DNA of 32,000 nucleotides from Aliivibrio fischeri ES114 (GTDB taxonomy: Bacteria; Pseudomonadota; Gammaproteobacteria; Enterobacterales; Vibrionaceae). The position numbers and the translations under genes are program-made. The stretch lies in the NCBI RefSeq assembly GCF_000011805.1, contig NC_006840.2. One strand, given 5' to 3'. Positions 1 through 9,082 of the stretch are shown in pieces. Numbering within the stretch: position 1 is the stretch's first letter; the number at the start of each line of letters is the position of its first letter. The notes under the pieces were generated by a model, which did not search any database, was not told the DNA's origin, and saw only the letters and a program-made list of their open reading frames with translations.

Positions 1-1946
1 TTAGTCAATGGTGGTACCCAAAACCAGATAATAAAGACGAAGCTTTTGAAAAAATAGGGTATGCAAAATACTTTGAACCATTAGATATTTATATTGGTAC
101 AGGTGAATATGTTATTGATGTTGAAGAAGATATACAACAAATATTACTAGCATGGATATCTGAGGTTCGATATGGCGATGACGGTTATATATTTGTTTTT
201 GACCATTCAGGTAATATCTTATCTCATCAAGATAAAAGTTTAATAAATACGAATATTTATAATAAAACGGATATTAATCCTTATGAATTTATGAATACGT
301 TAAATTCAAAGTTTGATGATAATAACAGCCGCTTCTCTAAGTATTTAAATCGACTTGATGCATTTAATAATGGTTCTGATTCTCAGCTAAGCTATATAAA
401 AAAATACGATAAATGGGATTGGGTGATCAGTGGTGGTGTTTACACTGATACAAATAAGCGTCTTCTAGAGAAAAAAGAAAAAATATTAATTCAGCAAAAT
501 CAAGAAGAGTTGAAGAAAATACTATTATTAACATTAACTTTGGCGTTGATTCTTACTTTATTATCGTTGAGTGTTAGTAAATATGTTGCAATGCGCTTTA
601 ATAAATTTCAGGACCGAATTTGTAATGATTTTAAAGTGTTAGAGAAAACAAAAAATAAAATGCAATACATGGCTCTACATGATGGATTAACGCAATTACC
701 CAATAGGGTCATGCTAGAGTCAAGAATTGAAGAAGAAATTGTTAAAGCTCAGCAATCCGGAAAGATGATAGCTTTGATGTTTGTTGATTTAGATGACTTT
801 AAAAAAGTAAATGATCATTATGGCCATGATGTTGGCGATAAGTTATTAACGTTAATTAGCTCGAGATTTAGTCACTTTATTGAAAAAGATGAAATAGTTG
901 CACGTTTTGGCGGAGATGAATTTGTTTTTTGTTTTTCTAATTTAACGTCTCAACAAGATGCTGAGTTATGGGTTGAGAAGATTCAATCTGTTTTTGAAAA
1001 TGTTTTCTCTATAAACGGTAAAGAAATTACAACTGGATGTAGTATTGGGGTAGCAATGTACCCTAAGGATGCGACTTGTTCTTCTGAGCTTATTTCTAAA
1101 GCTGATATTGTGCTTTATAAATCAAAAGATGTTCATAAAGGTGCATCACTTTTCTTTGATAAAAGCATTGATGAGCAAGTGAGCTATGAATTTAGTTTAG
1201 AAGAAGAGCTAAAAAATGCGTTAGATAAGCGTGAGGTCACCTTAGTATATCAACCTCAAATTGATACTAAAACAGGTGAGATTTATGGTGTAGAGGTGCT
1301 TTCTCGATGGTGCAATAACAAATTAGGTTCTGTTTCTCCAGTTAAATTTATTGCTGTAGCAGAAGAAATAGGGATGATAGATCAGCTTGGCGATTTTGTT
1401 TTGCAGCAAGCGTGTGAAGATATTCAAGAAGTGATGCCCAATGGTACGAATGCCATTATGCTTTCAGTTAATATTTCACCTAAGCAGTTAATTAAAAAGG
1501 GATTTTTATCTCGTATTATGAAGATTGTTTCGAGAACAGGTATTGATGTGTCACGGATCACCTTCGAAATAACAGAAAATATTCTAATCAGTGATTTAAA
1601 AAGTGTATCACCTATTTTATTGGAACTACAGAAACTTGGCTTTGGTATTTCATTAGATGATTTTGGTACAGGTTATTCATCATTAAGCTATCTTAATATT
1701 TTACCGATTACAGAAATTAAGATTGATCGCTCTTTTGTAAGCAGTTTATTTACCAATGATCAAAGTGAATCTTTGATCAAAGCGATTATTGCTATCGGAG
1801 CTTCATGTCAAATGACGGTAGTGGCTGAAGGGGTTGAGACTAAAGAGCAATTAGAGAAATTAAAAGAGTACCAATGTGATTTGGTTCAAGGGTATTACTT
1901 AGATAAACCTCTTTCAATTAGTGAATTAAAAGCAAAATATGCATAA
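1..1946 (+). CDS. Cache-sensor / TM / GGDEF-EAL c-di-GMP turnover protein, 5'-partial (continues upstream of the window)
   Basis: The frame of the listed ORF (291..1946) is open with no stop back to nt 3. The upstream translation (SQWWYPKPDNKDEAFEKIGYAKYFEPLDIYIGTGEYV...GYIFVFDHSGNILSHQDK) resembles periplasmic Cache-type modules, so the true start lies outside the window. A TM helix follows (ILLLTLTLALILTLLSLSV), then a GGDEF domain (RFGGDEFVF, no RxxD I-site). The EAL domain has EVLSR, FEITE, DDFGTGYSSLSYL, KIDRSF, EGVET and QGY. Confidence 0.85.
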   Translation, partial: SQWWYPKPDNKDEAFEKIGYAKYFEPLDIYIGTGEYVIDVEEDIQQILLAWISEVRYGDDGYIFVFDHSGNILSHQDKSLINTNIYNKTDINPYEFMNTLNSKFDDNNSRFSKYLNRLDAFNNGSDSQLSYIKKYDKWDWVISGGVYTDTNKRLLEKKEKILIQQNQEELKKILLLTLTLALILTLLSLSVSKYVAMRFNKFQDRICNDFKVLEKTKNKMQYMALHDGLTQLPNRVMLESRIEEEIVKAQQSGKMIALMFVDLDDFKKVNDHYGHDVGDKLLTLISSRFSHFIEKDEIVARFGGDEFVFCFSNLTSQQDAELWVEKIQSVFENVFSINGKEITTGCSIGVAMYPKDATCSSELISKADIVLYKSKDVHKGASLFFDKSIDEQVSYEFSLEEELKNALDKREVTLVYQPQIDTKTGEIYGVEVLSRWCNNKLGSVSPVKFIAVAEEIGMIDQLGDFVLQQACEDIQEVMPNGTNAIMLSVNISPKQLIKKGFLSRIMKIVSRTGIDVSRITFEITENILISDLKSVSPILLELQKLGFGISLDDFGTGYSSLSYLNILPITEIKIDRSFVSSLFTNDQSESLIKAIIAIGASCQMTVVAEGVETKEQLEKLKEYQCDLVQGYYLDKPLSISELKAKYA

Positions 1947-1976
1947 AAGCTTTTTGTTTAGAATATTAAAAAAGAA

Positions 1977-2010
1977 AGAGCAGTGATAATACATCGCTGC
2001 TCTTTTTTAT
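1977..2010. terminator. Bidirectional rho-independent terminator shared by the convergent GGDEF-EAL and chitinase genes
   Basis: AGAGCAGTGAT (1977-1987) pairs with ATCGCTGCTCT (1993-2003) as an 11-bp stem with one G-U pair and a 5-nt loop. It is followed by TTTTTTAT on the plus strand and preceded by AAAAAAGAAAGAG, which gives a T-run on the minus strand. Confidence 0.7.
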
Positions 2011-2030
2011 TAAGTGTAATTAATCATTAA

Positions 2031-5000
2031 TTATAAGTTACACACTTTAGTCCAACTGCCGTCACTTCCTGGTTCTGCTGCTGTCCACCAATTTGCTTGG
2101 TAAATAACGTTATTGTGAACCACTTGATCTCCAGTGTTTGCGTGGCTAGGGTTACCTGCCCAATCTTTTTGTGGAAGATCTGGATAAGTAACAAGCCCTG
2201 TAGCATCACAGCCCGCATCAGGTGTACCGCCATTACCACCATTGTTACCACCAGAGCTTAAATCCGCTAGAGGTAAATCTGGTTGCTCAAACTTGAAGGC
2301 ATAATCAACGTTGTTGATATTGACTGTATAGTTTGCTGGACCAGAAATTGGTAGATAGTAAACCATATCCAGTTCATACACGCCGCCTGCTGGTAGTGCT
2401 TTCCATGCTGGAAGAGTGAAAGCAACACGGTGCATTGTTCCATCTAAACCACCAATATTGTTTGGACGAGTATGACCAGAAGCGATGACTTGTAAACCGC
2501 CACCAGATTGATCTTTCGCATTATCAGGAGCTGATACTGGAATATCGAACTGGAATTCAGTTCCTCCAGGAATATCTTGACCTGTGTTGTTTGTGAAAGT
2601 CACTTTTGGATTAATTGGGTAGTTTTGATCACCCACTTTAAAGCCACCTACGTTTACAGCAATATCAACCGTTTCTGTTGGAATAGCTCCTGTAGCTACT
2701 GTGTTGCCATATGGTGTTGCTGATTTAAATTTCTCATAAATCGCTTTAGTCATGGTGTTACCCATATGGTATTCACCATTACCTGTTTGACAAGCCGCTT
2801 CAGTTGCATCTACAGAAGTACGATTACCATTTGAATCCAGTACGTAACAGCTGTAATCCCCAGCCAGTTCCCAGAACATGATGCCACCAATCTCTTGGTC
2901 GATAACGTAGTCCGCTTTGACATTGATAGAGTCTTTATCTTCTGTTGATAAGAATACTTTTTTCTCGGCGTTCCATAACCATGGCGCAACAGCAACACTG
3001 TCATAGTGGCGAGTATAAGTGCCTACTAATTGATCTGCTGGGTCATTTGCTGGATCTAAACCATAGATATTTGCGTAAGAGCCAAAGATACCTTCTTGTA
3101 GGTTTTTAGCATGCCACATAGGGTTAGAACCTGCGCCCATTTCTTGGCCATATGAGTTCTTATCATGCCACATGTTATCGATACCTAGTGCACCGTAACC
3201 ACAATTGTTTTTCTCACCTTCACCAGTACCTGGTTCACATTTAGCTTGATCTGGAAGTGGAGCTCGACCCCATAAGCCATTTTCACCGCCAGTTACGCCT
3301 TGCCAGCCACGAGTATAATAAGGGACACCAATATTGATACGACCTGCCGGCATTGAACCGCGGAAGTAATGGTAAGCCCAATCAGTATTTAGATAACCGA
3401 TACCACCGTAAGCTTCAGTGCCATAAACATTCCATTGGGCTAGTTCAGAATCTTTACCTGTATCATATAGAGCGGCATTGTGACCAACATGGTCGTTCCA
3501 TGCGCCGTGTAAGTCATATGACATGATATTTACATAATCTAAGTACTGCGTAACATCAAATGTTTCCATGCCACGTAATAAATAGCCAGATGATGGAGCT
3601 GCGATAGTTAGCATGTAGTGAATATCATCTTGTGCAGATGCAACATCAAGTTTTTCACGTAATGTTTTCATCAGTACTTGATACGATGCCCACAGGTATT
3701 GGCGACGAGGTTCCATGAATTCTTTATCATCAGGGTTACCGGCACCAGCCATTGACGTAGGGTATTCATAATCGATGTCTAAGCCATCAAATTTGTACTT
3801 ACGCATCATTTCAACGGCTGATACTGCAAATTTTTCGATAGCTGCGTGGTTGATGCTGCCATCTGCATTGGTTGTCATGGTATAAAAACCACCATCTGCA
3901 ACACGGTTACCATCAGCACCGAAGTGACCACCAGTTTCAGCCCAGCCACCAATAGAGATTAATGTTTTAACTCCATGTTTTGCTTTAGCTGTCGCTAGTG
4001 CACCAAAATGGCCTTTAAATCCAAGTGCAGGATCAATTTCAACGCCTGCCCATTCTTTACCTGTCGCTGCATTATTTGGATCGGTAACATCACCGACATT
4101 CACTTTTCCATCTGAACCAATGCTTACGAAAGCGTAGTTAATATGGGTTAGCTGCTCCCAAGGGATATCTTTTACTAAGTAACTATTTTGTTCGTCGCCG
4201 CCATCACGCCAACTTGTAAAGTAACCGATCACACGACGAGGGTGATCAGCCCCCATTTTCTCACGGCCTTCTTTATCATAGATAGTACAGTAAGGCACTG
4301 TTACGCCTTCTGTTTGATATAAACCATCAGGACGACAGTTATCTGCAACTGGCAATGAACTTGTAACCGTTAAATTAGTGGAAGCTGAATTTGCGGTTGC
4401 GCCTAAATTGTCTGTCGCTTTAGCATAGACAGAAAGAGAACCTACAGCCGTTGTAGTGTATTGAAGGGTATAAGGGGCTGTTGCAGCTGTGCCAACAAGA
4501 GTGTTATCGATATAAAAATCAACTTTATCTATTGTGCCATCTGAGTCTACGGCATCTGCTGTTAGTGTAACGACAGAACCAAGTTCAACATTTGTTGCAG
4601 ATAAGCTTAATGTTGCTGTTGGTGCGATATTATCAGTAGGAGTATTTGTCACATTAATTGCAACAGAGCTTACTGTACTTTGTGCACCTTTATCATCATA
4701 AGATTGCGCACTAATTGTATGATTGCCTTCAAGAGCAGTCCATGTAGTAGAGTATGGCGAGGCTGTTACTGAGCTAATTACGACACCATCAACAGAGAAG
4801 TCGACGCGAACTATATTGCCATCGCTATCAGCAGCTGATGCTGTTAACGTGACAAGGTCACCTGTAGTGAGTTGTTCCGTTGCACTAGGAGATGTTAGGT
4901 CTACCGTTGGCGCTTCATTTGGTACTTCTCCTGAACATACTCCGAGATCTTGCCATGCACCCCATTCACCAGCGGTCGCGGGGTCATTATTTTGAGTCCA

Positions 5001-5192
5001 ATATTTGGCTTTATAGGCATTAGTACCTTGTTTTACTTCTTCTCCACCATTGTACACCTTCCCAGCATCCCAAGCCTCCAGTGGTGAGCAATCTACGGCC
5101 GCTTGAGCATTAAATGCCATTAAACAAGAAAGGGTTAGAGTTGAGATAGTAAATTTATAATTATGTTTTTTTCTTAAATTTGAATGTTCCAT
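2031..5192 (-). CDS. Secreted multidomain GH18 chitinase / chitodextrinase-like enzyme (CBM5/12, two Ig-like repeats, GH18, C-terminal CBM5/12)
   Basis: Signal peptide ends ...AFNAQA/AV. The GH18 catalytic signature [11 protein letters not shown] is encoded at 3759-3788 (E codon at 3765-3767). N- and C-terminal chitin-binding-like modules are present ([14 protein letters not shown]...[12 protein letters not shown] and [35 protein letters not shown]). Two tandem ~88-aa Ig-like repeats ([15 protein letters not shown] / [15 protein letters not shown]) lie at about 4647-4913 and 4362-4625. Confidence 0.9.
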   Translation of the reverse strand: MEHSNLRKKHNYKFTISTLTLSCLMAFNAQAAVDCSPLEAWDAGKVYNGGEEVKQGTNAYKAKYWTQNNDPATAGEWGAWQDLGVCSGEVPNEAPTVDLTSPSATEQLTTGDLVTLTASAADSDGNIVRVDFSVDGVVISSVTASPYSTTWTALEGNHTISAQSYDDKGAQSTVSSVAINVTNTPTDNIAPTATLSLSATNVELGSVVTLTADAVDSDGTIDKVDFYIDNTLVGTAATAPYTLQYTTTAVGSLSVYAKATDNLGATANSASTNLTVTSSLPVADNCRPDGLYQTEGVTVPYCTIYDKEGREKMGADHPRRVIGYFTSWRDGGDEQNSYLVKDIPWEQLTHINYAFVSIGSDGKVNVGDVTDPNNAATGKEWAGVEIDPALGFKGHFGALATAKAKHGVKTLISIGGWAETGGHFGADGNRVADGGFYTMTTNADGSINHAAIEKFAVSAVEMMRKYKFDGLDIDYEYPTSMAGAGNPDDKEFMEPRRQYLWASYQVLMKTLREKLDVASAQDDIHYMLTIAAPSSGYLLRGMETFDVTQYLDYVNIMSYDLHGAWNDHVGHNAALYDTGKDSELAQWNVYGTEAYGGIGYLNTDWAYHYFRGSMPAGRINIGVPYYTRGWQGVTGGENGLWGRAPLPDQAKCEPGTGEGEKNNCGYGALGIDNMWHDKNSYGQEMGAGSNPMWHAKNLQEGIFGSYANIYGLDPANDPADQLVGTYTRHYDSVAVAPWLWNAEKKVFLSTEDKDSINVKADYVIDQEIGGIMFWELAGDYSCYVLDSNGNRTSVDATEAACQTGNGEYHMGNTMTKAIYEKFKSATPYGNTVATGAIPTETVDIAVNVGGFKVGDQNYPINPKVTFTNNTGQDIPGGTEFQFDIPVSAPDNAKDQSGGGLQVIASGHTRPNNIGGLDGTMHRVAFTLPAWKALPAGGVYELDMVYYLPISGPANYTVNINNVDYAFKFEQPDLPLADLSSGGNNGGNGGTPDAGCDATGLVTYPDLPQKDWAGNPSHANTGDQVVHNNVIYQANWWTAAEPGSDGSWTKVCNL

Positions 5193-5720
5193 TTCATATC
5201 CTTAAAGGTAATTCAAAAATCATCAATCACTTTTTAATTGATGTGAAATAAGATTAGGATATAAAAAAAATTCTGCTAAGAATGATTTATAAATTACAAA
5301 GCGACTCGCAATAAAACTAATGTAAGTAAACAAGGTTACATTTGTTTTTGTATCAAGGTTACTTGTTTACCATGTACCTATCTGGTTAACATTGCTTATT
5401 GTTAGTAATAACCATTATTTTTCATTTATTTATTAAATTTTATATTCACCATTAAGGTGTTGAATTTAATGGTTTTTCTTTGTGTTTTTATGTTTAATCT
5501 GATTTAAGATATACGCTTTAGCTATAATAATTTAGATAATTTTCATTATTTAAATTAATTATCGTTTTATTTAAAGAGCCTATTTTTTTACTTTTTAACC
5601 CACGGTATAACACCGAAAAAAGCGCGATAACGTTAATTAGTTAAGGGAAGCGTTTTAGTTATTAGTATTCATTCTTCATGGTTGAGTTTATGAATGAACT
5701 TACTTTTATAAGGTATATAA

Positions 5721-7673
5721 ATGGGTTTGCTCCTTCAATATTATCGTAATTCTTTACAACTACGCTATCAGCTAATGGTTCCATTTATTGGTACCTTTAT
5801 AATATTCTTTTGTAGTGCTACATTTTTGCATACAAACCTTATTCGCACAGAAAATAATATTATGTCTTCAATGGTGAGTAATACTATTTCTGAAGACTAT
5901 ATTGAACTGGATAATTTGTTTTCGAGATTAAGAACTGCTGCAATTCGTAGTGAAATGTTCGATCCTGAGAGAGGACAAAAGGAATATAACGAAGCTTATC
6001 CTAAGATCTTAGAAGATAAAGACAAAGTGATTACTCGTTTAAGAAATATGGGGGAGTTAACTCGTCAGGATCTAAATGATTTAGAAAGAATTTCTCAATC
6101 TTTTGATGAATTTCATTCTATTTCAAAGAAGATGATTGATGAAAAAGTAGACGGACATAATATATTTTTAAACGTCTTGCCGTGGTTAGCTCCTTATTTA
6201 GATAATTTAGACGAGAATCATCATCCATCAAATGCGGATGAATGGCCTATTATTCGTAATAAGCTATCGGTGATATCTGAAGGGATTGGGTATAAATCTT
6301 CAGGTGTGTTTTATTTGCGTCTACAAGAAGATGGTGATGAGCTTCATGCATTGCTAGACCAAATGGAAGAATTGATTGAGCCAATGTATAAGGGCCCGGC
6401 TCTAAAGAAATTACAGACTGAATTTCTTGATGTATGGCGTAAAGAACTGACAACGTTAGAAAATATTACGTCGCGTTGGGTTGGGTACCAAGCTAAGCGT
6501 GCTGAAATTAGAAGTGTTGCTCGAGAACTAATTGATAATTCAGTTGCAAGCAGTAAAAAGTACTTAGAAAAGAACTTTAATAATACAATAGAAAATGCCG
6601 AAAATAGTATTGTTGTCAACATTGTTGGTTTATTAATTGGTGCTGTATTGGCTTCTATTCTAGTTACTATTTTAACTCGTATCATTATTTCTCAGTTAAA
6701 CTCAGTACAAAGTGTTATTCGTGGTTTAGCTGAACGTAATTTGATCTTTCATACCAATTTAAAAGGTGAGAATGAAGTTTCTCAGCTTGGCGAGAATACC
6801 GATATAACGATTAATACGCTAAGAGGAACAATTAAAGACCTAAACTCACATGGTCAAGAATTGGCATCTGCATCATTGCAATTACGTTCAGTTATGGAAT
6901 TAAGTGCAGAAAACAGTAGTGTTCAAAATGATCAAGTGAGCATGATTGCTGCAGCAATTACAGAACTATCGGCATCTGCAAATCAAGTTGAAGCATCAGC
7001 GAAAGCGGCGGAAACAAGAATGGGGGGTGTACAAGAGTTATGTCGCTTAGAGATGCGTTCTTCACGTGAAAATGGTGATCGCGCTAGTGCTTTGCAAGAG
7101 CAATTAAATGATACGTCTTTAGTGGTTGAGCATCTAAATAAAGAATGTGAGCAAATTGGTAATGTTATTGCCGTGATTCAGAATATTTCTGAGCAAACTA
7201 ACTTACTTGCACTTAATGCTGCAATTGAAGCAGCTCGAGCTGGTGAAATGGGGCGTGGTTTTGCTGTCGTTGCTGATGAAGTTCGAGTACTAGCAACAAG
7301 AACACAAGACTCAACGGAAACCATTCAACGAATTATTGAACAACTGCAAAGTAAATCGACAGATGCTCAGCAAAATATGCAACGTTGTTTATCTATGATT
7401 GATGAAACTGCAGCATCAGTATTAAAGTCACGCGATCAATTGTCGTCAATGAATGAAGCGATGGATGAGTTATCACAATCGAATGCTGAAGTAGCAACGG
7501 CGGTTTCTGAGCAATCACGTACTATGGTTGAAATTAGCGAGAATATTACAACAATTCGAGACATTACTAACCAAAATGTTGCGGGCATTGAAGAAGCAAC
7601 AGTGACAAGTACGCACCTATCAGAGCTAGCTGAAAAACAACAGCAACAATTGGCTACTTTTAGAGTTGATTAA
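5721..7673 (+). CDS. Methyl-accepting chemotaxis protein
   Basis: 650 aa with two TM segments ([15 protein letters not shown]; [22 protein letters not shown]) flanking a ~260-aa periplasmic region. The highly conserved MCP signalling hairpin is present: [46 protein letters not shown] lies 11 nt upstream of the ATG, and the in-frame upstream ATG at 5694 is stopped at 5709. Confidence 0.9.
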   Translation: MGLLLQYYRNSLQLRYQLMVPFIGTFIIFFCSATFLHTNLIRTENNIMSSMVSNTISEDYIELDNLFSRLRTAAIRSEMFDPERGQKEYNEAYPKILEDKDKVITRLRNMGELTRQDLNDLERISQSFDEFHSISKKMIDEKVDGHNIFLNVLPWLAPYLDNLDENHHPSNADEWPIIRNKLSVISEGIGYKSSGVFYLRLQEDGDELHALLDQMEELIEPMYKGPALKKLQTEFLDVWRKELTTLENITSRWVGYQAKRAEIRSVARELIDNSVASSKKYLEKNFNNTIENAENSIVVNIVGLLIGAVLASILVTILTRIIISQLNSVQSVIRGLAERNLIFHTNLKGENEVSQLGENTDITINTLRGTIKDLNSHGQELASASLQLRSVMELSAENSSVQNDQVSMIAAAITELSASANQVEASAKAAETRMGGVQELCRLEMRSSRENGDRASALQEQLNDTSLVVEHLNKECEQIGNVIAVIQNISEQTNLLALNAAIEAARAGEMGRGFAVVADEVRVLATRTQDSTETIQRIIEQLQSKSTDAQQNMQRCLSMIDETAASVLKSRDQLSSMNEAMDELSQSNAEVATAVSEQSRTMVEISENITTIRDITNQNVAGIEEATVTSTHLSELAEKQQQQLATFRVD

Positions 7674-7700
7674 AGGACTTAAAACATCATAAAACTAAGT

Positions 7701-7736
7701 GGGTGAGAAATAATTATTTCTTGCCCATTTTTTTAT
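7701..7736 (+). terminator. Rho-independent terminator after the MCP gene
   Basis: GGGTGAGAAATA (7701-7712) pairs with TATTTCTTGCCC (7715-7726); two of the pairs are G-U. It is followed by ATTTTTTTATT and lies 28 nt after the stop codon. Confidence 0.6.
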
Positions 7737-7804
7737 TAAGAACAAAAAATGAAATAAGGCTAAAGGAAATCGTAGAGAAGTATTGGAATTTGCAAGCGTC
7801 AGAT

Positions 7805-7913
7805 GGGTGGAAGCCCCAGCCACATCCCGGCACACACGTCGCCCGCTGCGGCTGCTCCCTTCCGGGCCTGACCGAGTTCACGAGTTAGTGTTGCGGGAGG
7901 ACCAGGGCCTCCA
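7805..7913 (-). ncRNA. ffs: Signal recognition particle RNA (4.5S RNA)
   Basis: A GC-rich island in AT-rich DNA. The minus-strand sequence UGGAGGCCCUGGUCCUCCCGCAACACUAACUCGUGAACUCGGUCAGGCCCGGAAGGGAGCAGCCGCAGCGGGCGACGUGUGUGCCGGGAUGUGGCUGGGGCUUCCACCC is collinear with E. coli 4.5S RNA as I recall it. It includes the domain IV core GGUCAGG.CCGGAAGG.AGCAGCC and GUGUGCCGGGAUGU. The 5' and 3' ends pair over about 12 bp. Confidence 0.9.
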
Positions 7914-7943
7914 TAGATTCTGTTGTTCCTAGGAACGAGATGG

Positions 7944-7972
7944 ATTATTCAACATGCACGGTGAGATTGCAA
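7944..7972 (-). promoter_or_regulatory. Candidate sigma70 promoter for ffs (-35 TTGCAA, 17-nt spacer, -10 AATAAT)
   Basis: On the minus strand the sequence reads TTGCAA (7972-7967), a 17-nt spacer, then AATAAT (7949-7944). This would give a ~25-30 nt leader before the mature 5' end, consistent with 4.5S RNA being processed from a precursor. Read by eye only. Confidence 0.3.
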
Positions 7973-8146
7973 GTAGAAATAAATAAAAACAAACTAAGTG
8001 ACTAATAAATAAACGCTTAGAGTATGTTTAGGAATCATTGAAAAAAAGACATAGTCTCGATTTTGAGATCTAACAGTACTTTAGCCGATAAATGGAATTC
8101 TCTTGGTTATAATTACAGCACTTTAATTATTGTATAGAGGAAATTC

Positions 8147-8896
8147 ATGTCACAGTTAACCGCAACTGCATTATTTATCTCATCATTAAGCTTGTTGAGT
8201 TTTTCATCTTTAGCAGCAGAACCATCAGCTGATGATGGGGCGTTTAGTGGAGATGCAAAGATCGGTTTTATCTATACCAAAACAGACGAAACCTCAATGT
8301 CGGTTAATTCAGGAGCGACTCTAAAGTATGAAGAAGCACTGTGGCACCATAAAGCGGCCTTCTCAACTTACTACACAAAAGGTAATGAGAGTGACGATGG
8401 TACAAACAAAAATAAAACAGTTTATGATGTAAAATATGACATGACAGATTCATTGTTTGTATTTGGTAATGCTAAGTATGAACATGACCAATTTGCGACT
8501 TATCGTGAACAAGTGTTATTAGTTAGTGGTTTTGGTGCAACGTTAATTGATTCATCAAACTCAAAATTAGATGTAGGGGCTGGTCCGGGTTATCGTTATT
8601 CTAAACGACAAGCTTTTGATGAAGATTTACCAAACAATTCGGAAGATGAAGTCATTGCAAACTTGTTTATTGAAGGGGACAGCAAAATCACTGATGGTTT
8701 AGAGCTTGGTGGCGGTGTTCGTATGGATTATGGTGAATCAAATACAACAACAACGACTCATGTTTATTTAAAAAATAAATTAATGGAGAGCTTGTCATTG
8801 TTGATTGATGCTGAGTATATATACAATAGTGTTGTGGCGACAGGTAAAGAACACGATGAAATATATAGCACAATCAGTCTAAATTATGATTTCTAG
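8147..8896 (+). CDS. DUF481 (YdiY-like) outer-membrane beta-barrel protein
   Basis: Signal peptide MSQLTATALFISSLSLLSFSSLA/AEP. Alternating beta-strand pattern with a terminal aromatic (...SLNYDF). Segments such as GDAKIGFIYTKT, YDMTDSLFVFGNAKYEHDQFATYREQ and GAGPGYRY resemble the YdiY/DUF481 family as I recall it. GAGGAA Shine-Dalgarno lies 6 nt upstream. Confidence 0.7.
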   Translation: MSQLTATALFISSLSLLSFSSLAAEPSADDGAFSGDAKIGFIYTKTDETSMSVNSGATLKYEEALWHHKAAFSTYYTKGNESDDGTNKNKTVYDVKYDMTDSLFVFGNAKYEHDQFATYREQVLLVSGFGATLIDSSNSKLDVGAGPGYRYSKRQAFDEDLPNNSEDEVIANLFIEGDSKITDGLELGGGVRMDYGESNTTTTTHVYLKNKLMESLSLLIDAEYIYNSVVATGKEHDEIYSTISLNYDF

Positions 8897-9082
8897 ATAA
8901 TTGTTAATTATATTTAAGCTGAATGGTTATAGGTTTAATTAATTAGTTCGGATACATAATTGGCGTCAATATAACGGCGCCATTAATTGAGCTATTCATC
9001 TAAACTATTAGAGTGCGATCACTAATTTATTTTCTATATTTGATAAAATACCCATGAAAAAATTAGTTATTTATTAGGTTAC

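Noticed and set aside
2027-4995. Short ORFs overlapping or antisense to the chitinase gene (2027-2251, 2810-3004, 4723-4995)
   Set aside because: All lie fully inside a 1053-aa CDS with clear GH18/CBM motifs. Their translations are low-complexity and have no recognisable motifs.
5193-5720. Riboswitch (e.g. c-di-GMP GEMM), CRP site or small RNA in the long chitinase-MCP spacer
   Set aside because: I saw only a lone TGTGA half-site (5242-5246) and short AT-rich inverted repeats (CATCAAT/ATTGATG at about 5221-5243; ACCATTAA/TTAATGGT at about 5449-5474). Nothing resembles a known riboswitch core, so the evidence is too weak to call.
6250-6685. Antisense ORFs inside the MCP gene (6250-6453, 6344-6685)
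   Set aside because: They are embedded in a well-supported CDS and have no motifs or ribosome-binding site. These are typical AT-rich antisense read-through frames.
7703-7888. 61-aa ORF in the ORF track
   Set aside because: Its GC-rich 3' half is the reverse complement of the SRP 4.5S RNA gene. The 5' half overlaps the MCP terminator, and there is no Shine-Dalgarno sequence. Treated as spurious.
8958-8985. Possible terminator after the DUF481 gene (TGGCG...CGCCA)
   Set aside because: The stem is only 5-7 bp with a bulge and no following T-run.
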